From: a virus
Taxonomy: Duplodnaviria > Caudoviricetes
DNA length: 36,643 nt
Virus record (IMG/VR): IMGVR_UViG_3300011337_000672
Location: 1-36,643 of that record
Strand: one strand, 5' to 3'
The notes below the pieces were generated by a model. That model saw nothing but the letters and a program-made list of their open reading frames with translations, had not been told where the DNA came from and made no database searches. Both the position numbers and the translations under genes were made by a program. Numbering within the stretch: the stretch's first letter is position 1; each line of letters starts with the position of its first letter. Below, piece by piece: positions 33,289-36,643 of the stretch.

Positions 33289-34584
33289 TTGCGGTGCATA
33301 ATTTGTGATTCTAATAACTGGGAAAACATTGATATTTATAGGTTTAAGCCACACGGAATGGCAATTTGCAATACTTGCTCAATGATTTCTTACCCCACTC
33401 TTTGGAAATCAGAAGAAGAAATAAAAGCATATTATAGAAAAGATTATAGGTCATGCCCAACTTCAGGAAATCTATTCACTGGTCAAAGAAAGATCTATTT
33501 TCATCATGCGTTTTTAAATGATTTATTTGAGAAGTGGAAAAAAGAAAACAGAGGAGAAATTGAAGTTTGTGAAATCGGTGCAGCTTACGGTCTTGCTCTT
33601 TCTTGGGTTAAAGACATATATCCAAAATCAAAAGTTTCAGGTACAGAGCTCACTATAAGTTATAGAAGAGTCGCTTATCATGAACACGGTATTGAGTTAA
33701 CAGAAGACTTTGATGACACAAAAAAATATGACTTAATTATGAGTTATAAAGTTGCTGAGCATCAATTAGATGTTGATAAGATGCTTACAAAATATAGATC
33801 TTGTTTAAAAGAAGATGGATTAATGTATTTGTCAGTCCCTATTTGGTTTGATCAAATGAACTGTTTTGGAGTTAATTCATTTGATTTAGAATATTACTAC
33901 GACAAAAACCATGTAAATGTTTGGACTAAAAAACTATTTGAATCATTACTAAAAAAGGTTGGTTTTGAAATTATTAAACAAGATCATTTAATTTATGATT
34001 CTACTTATTTATTAAAAGCATGTGAACCTAAAACATTAGATAAAAATGATTTTGATGATATTAAAAAAATTAAGTCAATTATGGAAAGAATTAAACTTGC
34101 TCATATTGCATATAATGAATCAAGATTTAGTGATGCAATTATAGTTTATCCAAATTATCCACAGGCTTATACATCTTATTTTGAAATTAATAGAAAAGAA
34201 TTTCATGAAAAAGGGTGGGAATATACAAAAGAAAACTTCATTGATAAAATGAAAAAAGATTGTGGAGAGTGTGGAGAATTTTTTATTACTGCAACAGATA
34301 TCTCAATGAGATTTAAAAAGTTTGAAGAGGCTATAAAATACGCTGAAAATGGTTTAAAAATTAAACCAAACAATCCAGGTCTTTTGATATTGCTTATAAA
34401 TATTATGAGAGAAATTGCTATCCACTCAGACACAGAAGAAAAAAAGATACATTACTTTAATCAGGCGCGTCAAATATCTAGGTATCTAAAAGATGTTTCT
34501 CTTCAACATACCAAGGAAGCAATAGATTTAATTTATTTATTTGATTCTAAGATACCAATTCCTTCAGAAATAAAGCAGAATTAA
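33289..34584 (+). CDS. Class I SAM methyltransferase with N-terminal Zn site and C-terminal TPR-like region
   Basis: CIIC...CNTC, EIGAAYG, YDLI...VAEH, LKEDGLMYLSVP; FEEAIKYAENGLKIKPNN. Confidence 0.82.
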   Translation: MRCIICDSNNWENIDIYRFKPHGMAICNTCSMISYPTLWKSEEEIKAYYRKDYRSCPTSGNLFTGQRKIYFHHAFLNDLFEKWKKENRGEIEVCEIGAAYGLALSWVKDIYPKSKVSGTELTISYRRVAYHEHGIELTEDFDDTKKYDLIMSYKVAEHQLDVDKMLTKYRSCLKEDGLMYLSVPIWFDQMNCFGVNSFDLEYYYDKNHVNVWTKKLFESLLKKVGFEIIKQDHLIYDSTYLLKACEPKTLDKNDFDDIKKIKSIMERIKLAHIAYNESRFSDAIIVYPNYPQAYTSYFEINRKEFHEKGWEYTKENFIDKMKKDCGECGEFFITATDISMRFKKFEEAIKYAENGLKIKPNNPGLLILLINIMREIAIHSDTEEKKIHYFNQARQISRYLKDVSLQHTKEAIDLIYLFDSKIPIPSEIKQN

Positions 34585-34656
34585 TTTAGGATTTATTTTT
34601 ATAGGATGTAAAAATATGAAAGTTATTTTTAAAAATTTAATTTCCGGAGCAATTTA

Positions 34657-34893
34657 ATGCTAGACGGAAAAACAATAATAGATTTATGGCCGATATTAAT
34701 TGCGATTTTTTGTTTGGTCATTTGGGCTATTCGTCTTGAAGCGAAGGTAATTTATTTAGATTTAACTTTTAAAGAGAAGCATGCAGAATATATAAAAAAA
34801 GATGAGGTTTTTTGGAGTAAGGTTGATTCGTTGCAAACAACAATGAATCAAGTTTTACAAGCATTAGGTGAACTAAAAGGAAAAATAGATTAA
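34657..34893 (+). CDS. Holin-like or small membrane protein
   Basis: One N-terminal TM segment plus coiled coil; start of the lysis block. Confidence 0.5.
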   Translation: MLDGKTIIDLWPILIAIFCLVIWAIRLEAKVIYLDLTFKEKHAEYIKKDEVFWSKVDSLQTTMNQVLQALGELKGKID

Positions 34894-34915
34894 CAAAACT
34901 AATGGGGGTTTAAAA

Positions 34916-35266
34916 ATGGATTTTACAGCACTACAAACATTATTAGCATCACTTGCAGCTTTACAACAACAAGTTGTAGATGCACAAGCATTAGTTGATC
35001 AAGCCTATCAAAAAGGTTTCGCTGATGGTGCAGCTTCCGTATCTGTTCCACCGTCAGATAAGCTTTACAGCGAAGAAGAGCTTCAAGCAAAGATCGCCGA
35101 AGCGGTAGCTCCGCTCCAAAAAAAAATCGAAGAGTTGGAAGCAGTCGTTGCAGGCGTGGATCAAAAAATCGCTGATGCTGTTGCGGCATTTAAAGCTGAT
35201 TTGTTGGTTAAGGTAAAAGAAGTTGATGCGATCGAAGATGCGGCTTTAGAAGAACTTTTAAAATAA
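34916..35266 (+). CDS. Hypothetical acidic coiled-coil protein
   Basis: Ala/Gln/Glu-rich heptads; GGGG upstream. Confidence 0.65.
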   Translation: MDFTALQTLLASLAALQQQVVDAQALVDQAYQKGFADGAASVSVPPSDKLYSEEELQAKIAEAVAPLQKKIEELEAVVAGVDQKIADAVAAFKADLLVKVKEVDAIEDAALEELLK

Positions 35267-35271
35267 GGAGA

Positions 35272-35457
35272 ATGAAAATGGATACAAAAAAATTAATCGA
35301 GATTTTAGATAAAAACATTGATCAAAAAGGCTTAGTTAAAGACTTGGCTTTTGAATTATTTTTACCACTTCTTGAGAAGTTCGTAGCAGACACATCAAAT
35401 AAATATGATGACATGCTAATTGTAGCTTTAAAAGAATTCTTATTAAAGAAAATTTAA
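35272..35457 (+). CDS. Hypothetical protein
   Basis: SD AAGGAG; VADTSNKYDD motif. Confidence 0.6.
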   Translation: MKMDTKKLIEILDKNIDQKGLVKDLAFELFLPLLEKFVADTSNKYDDMLIVALKEFLLKKI

Positions 35458-35458
35458 T

Positions 35459-35671
35459 ATGAGCTTCTTAGCAAGACTTGCAGCGTACATGTTGCAATGG
35501 ATTCTTACTATTGGCGGTAAGGCTTTATATGAGGCCGTTACCGCCTTTGTTGAGAAACAGAAGCAAATCCAAAAAGAAAAAGAAAACTTAAAAAATTATC
35601 AAGATGCAGTTAAGAAAGGTGACCGTGATGAGATTCTTAAAAAAGAGCGTAATCTTCTTAATGGCGAGTAG
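35459..35671 (+). CDS. Putative i-spanin-like protein
   Basis: Hydrophobic N-terminus, short coiled coil, 3' overlap with a lipoprotein gene. Confidence 0.45.
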   Translation: MSFLARLAAYMLQWILTIGGKALYEAVTAFVEKQKQIQKEKENLKNYQDAVKKGDRDEILKKERNLLNGE

Positions 35672-35918
35672 TTTGATTGGATGCTCTAACTTACCAGAGT
35701 TTCCTGCTGATTTTGTTTTTGTGGTCAATCCTGATACTCAAACATGCAGTAAACATGAGATTATTAAGAAAGATCCTGTCACCGTTGGAGACGGAATTGA
35801 TGTTCCTTGGGATGATTGCCCTCATGTATTTGGCTTTAAAGATTCTGACATTGGACCAGTAATGAATTGGATTAGGAAGGCTCAAGAGCTCTCTAAACAA
35901 AAGTGTAAGGATATGTGA
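35628..35918 (+). CDS. Lipoprotein, putative o-spanin
   Basis: MRFLKKSVIFLMASSLIG-C lipobox; Pro/Cys-containing mature part; adjacent to the endolysin. Confidence 0.6.
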   Translation: MRFLKKSVIFLMASSLIGCSNLPEFPADFVFVVNPDTQTCSKHEIIKKDPVTVGDGIDVPWDDCPHVFGFKDSDIGPVMNWIRKAQELSKQKCKDM

Positions 35919-36367
35919 TGAAAAGACTTGTTGAGCGTGCATACGAAGCCGCTAAGGAAGATTTAAAAAAGGATTGGTCAGAAGTTAAAGGACCAGGATC
36001 AAACCCTTTAATTACAGAATGCTACAAAGCAGTTGATGGTCTTGGTAATCCCGAGATGCTTGATGATTCAACCACGGCCTGGTGCAGTTGTTATATGAAC
36101 AAAAAAATCCAAGATGCAGGCGGCAAGGGGACAAGATCGCCAGCGGCAAGATCTTGGCTTCGATGGGGACGTGAAGTAACTGAACCACACGAGGGCGATA
36201 TTGTTATTTTCAAACGTGGTAATTCTTCGTGGCAAGCACATGTTACGTTTTTTATTTCTAAAGACGAAGAATATGTCCAATGTTTAGGAGGCAATCAAGG
36301 TAATGACGTAAAAATAAGTCGTTATCCTATTGATCATATCATCGGATTTAGAACCTCAAAAGATTAA
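35915..36367 (+). CDS. TIGR02594-family (NlpC/P60-like) peptidoglycan hydrolase, putative endolysin
   Basis: TAWCSCYMN, AARSWLRWG, GDIVIFKRG, HVTFF, LGGNQG. Confidence 0.88.
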   Translation: MMKRLVERAYEAAKEDLKKDWSEVKGPGSNPLITECYKAVDGLGNPEMLDDSTTAWCSCYMNKKIQDAGGKGTRSPAARSWLRWGREVTEPHEGDIVIFKRGNSSWQAHVTFFISKDEEYVQCLGGNQGNDVKISRYPIDHIIGFRTSKD

Positions 36368-36385
36368 AAAAAGGAGAAAAATTTA

Positions 36386-36643
36386 ATGTATAAAATAATT
36401 ATATTAATAATCGGTTTTGTTATTGGACTCAAAGTAAGTGCTCAAGACATAAACTCATTTCCAATTAATGATGTTGTTCAGAGCATGGGAAAATCAGAAG
36501 GCATCCTTTACGGTAGACCTAATTTTGATTGGACAAAAACAGCCACAATCGGAATGGGGATCTACCCTAGAGGTGATGCTTCTCCCACATGGTGGACACC
36601 TGACAATAAAGCATATAAATCCTCTGAGTATTGGACTGCGATT
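36386..36643 (+). CDS. Secreted protein, truncated by the window end
   Basis: SD AAGGAG; signal peptide MYKIIILIIGFVIGLKVSA-QD; open to the end. Confidence 0.7.
   Translation, partial: MYKIIILIIGFVIGLKVSAQDINSFPINDVVQSMGKSEGILYGRPNFDWTKTATIGMGIYPRGDASPTWWTPDNKAYKSSEYWTAI

Noticed and set aside
1-36643. Stop-codon reassignment, tRNA genes, integrase or att site, tail sheath
   Set aside because: Genes are intact in code 11 and end in TAA, TAG and TGA; no cloverleaf, recombinase or sheath recognised, so lifestyle cannot be determined from this window

Overview
A 36.6-kb piece of an AT-rich tailed dsDNA phage or prophage genome. No tail-sheath gene is visible, so it is probably a siphovirus; a spanin-like lipoprotein suggests a Gram-negative host. 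Layout: (i) leftward early operon, 1-3690, with Gp157, Bet recombinase, a 24-bp-repeat protein, an orphan Xre/MbcA/ParS-like antitoxin domain, a CsrA homologue, a DUF6948-like gene and a Gly-X peptide; (ii) divergent control region with a GC-rich, hairpin-dense non-coding island and small HTH/RHH regulators; (iii) rightward late region with nucleotide-sugar enzymes, terminase, a portal-MuF fusion carrying an intein, Mu-like protease/scaffold, decoration protein, major capsid, neck, tail tube, frameshifted chaperone, tape measure, tail tip and fibres; (iv) a sugar-modification cluster; (v) lysis genes. Two systems stand out. First, the 377-aa intein has no recognisable in-frame endonuclease. 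A 4x Zn-finger + DUF559/Vsr-like nuclease is instead encoded inside it in the +1 frame, apparently launched by a 16-codon leader in the third frame whose stop overlaps the nuclease TTG start. Second, the phage appears to encode an ulosonic-acid-type virion glycosylation pathway (Maf-family transferase inside the tail operon, SpsF-like cytidylyltransferase-GT2 fusion, degenerate NeuB, DAH7P-synthase homologue with an altered substrate motif, radical SAM, methyltransferase, Ugd, epimerase). A Thr-Thr-Thr/T-x-T motif recurring in outer virion proteins is a candidate acceptor. All family calls come from motif recognition by eye; no database searches were run.
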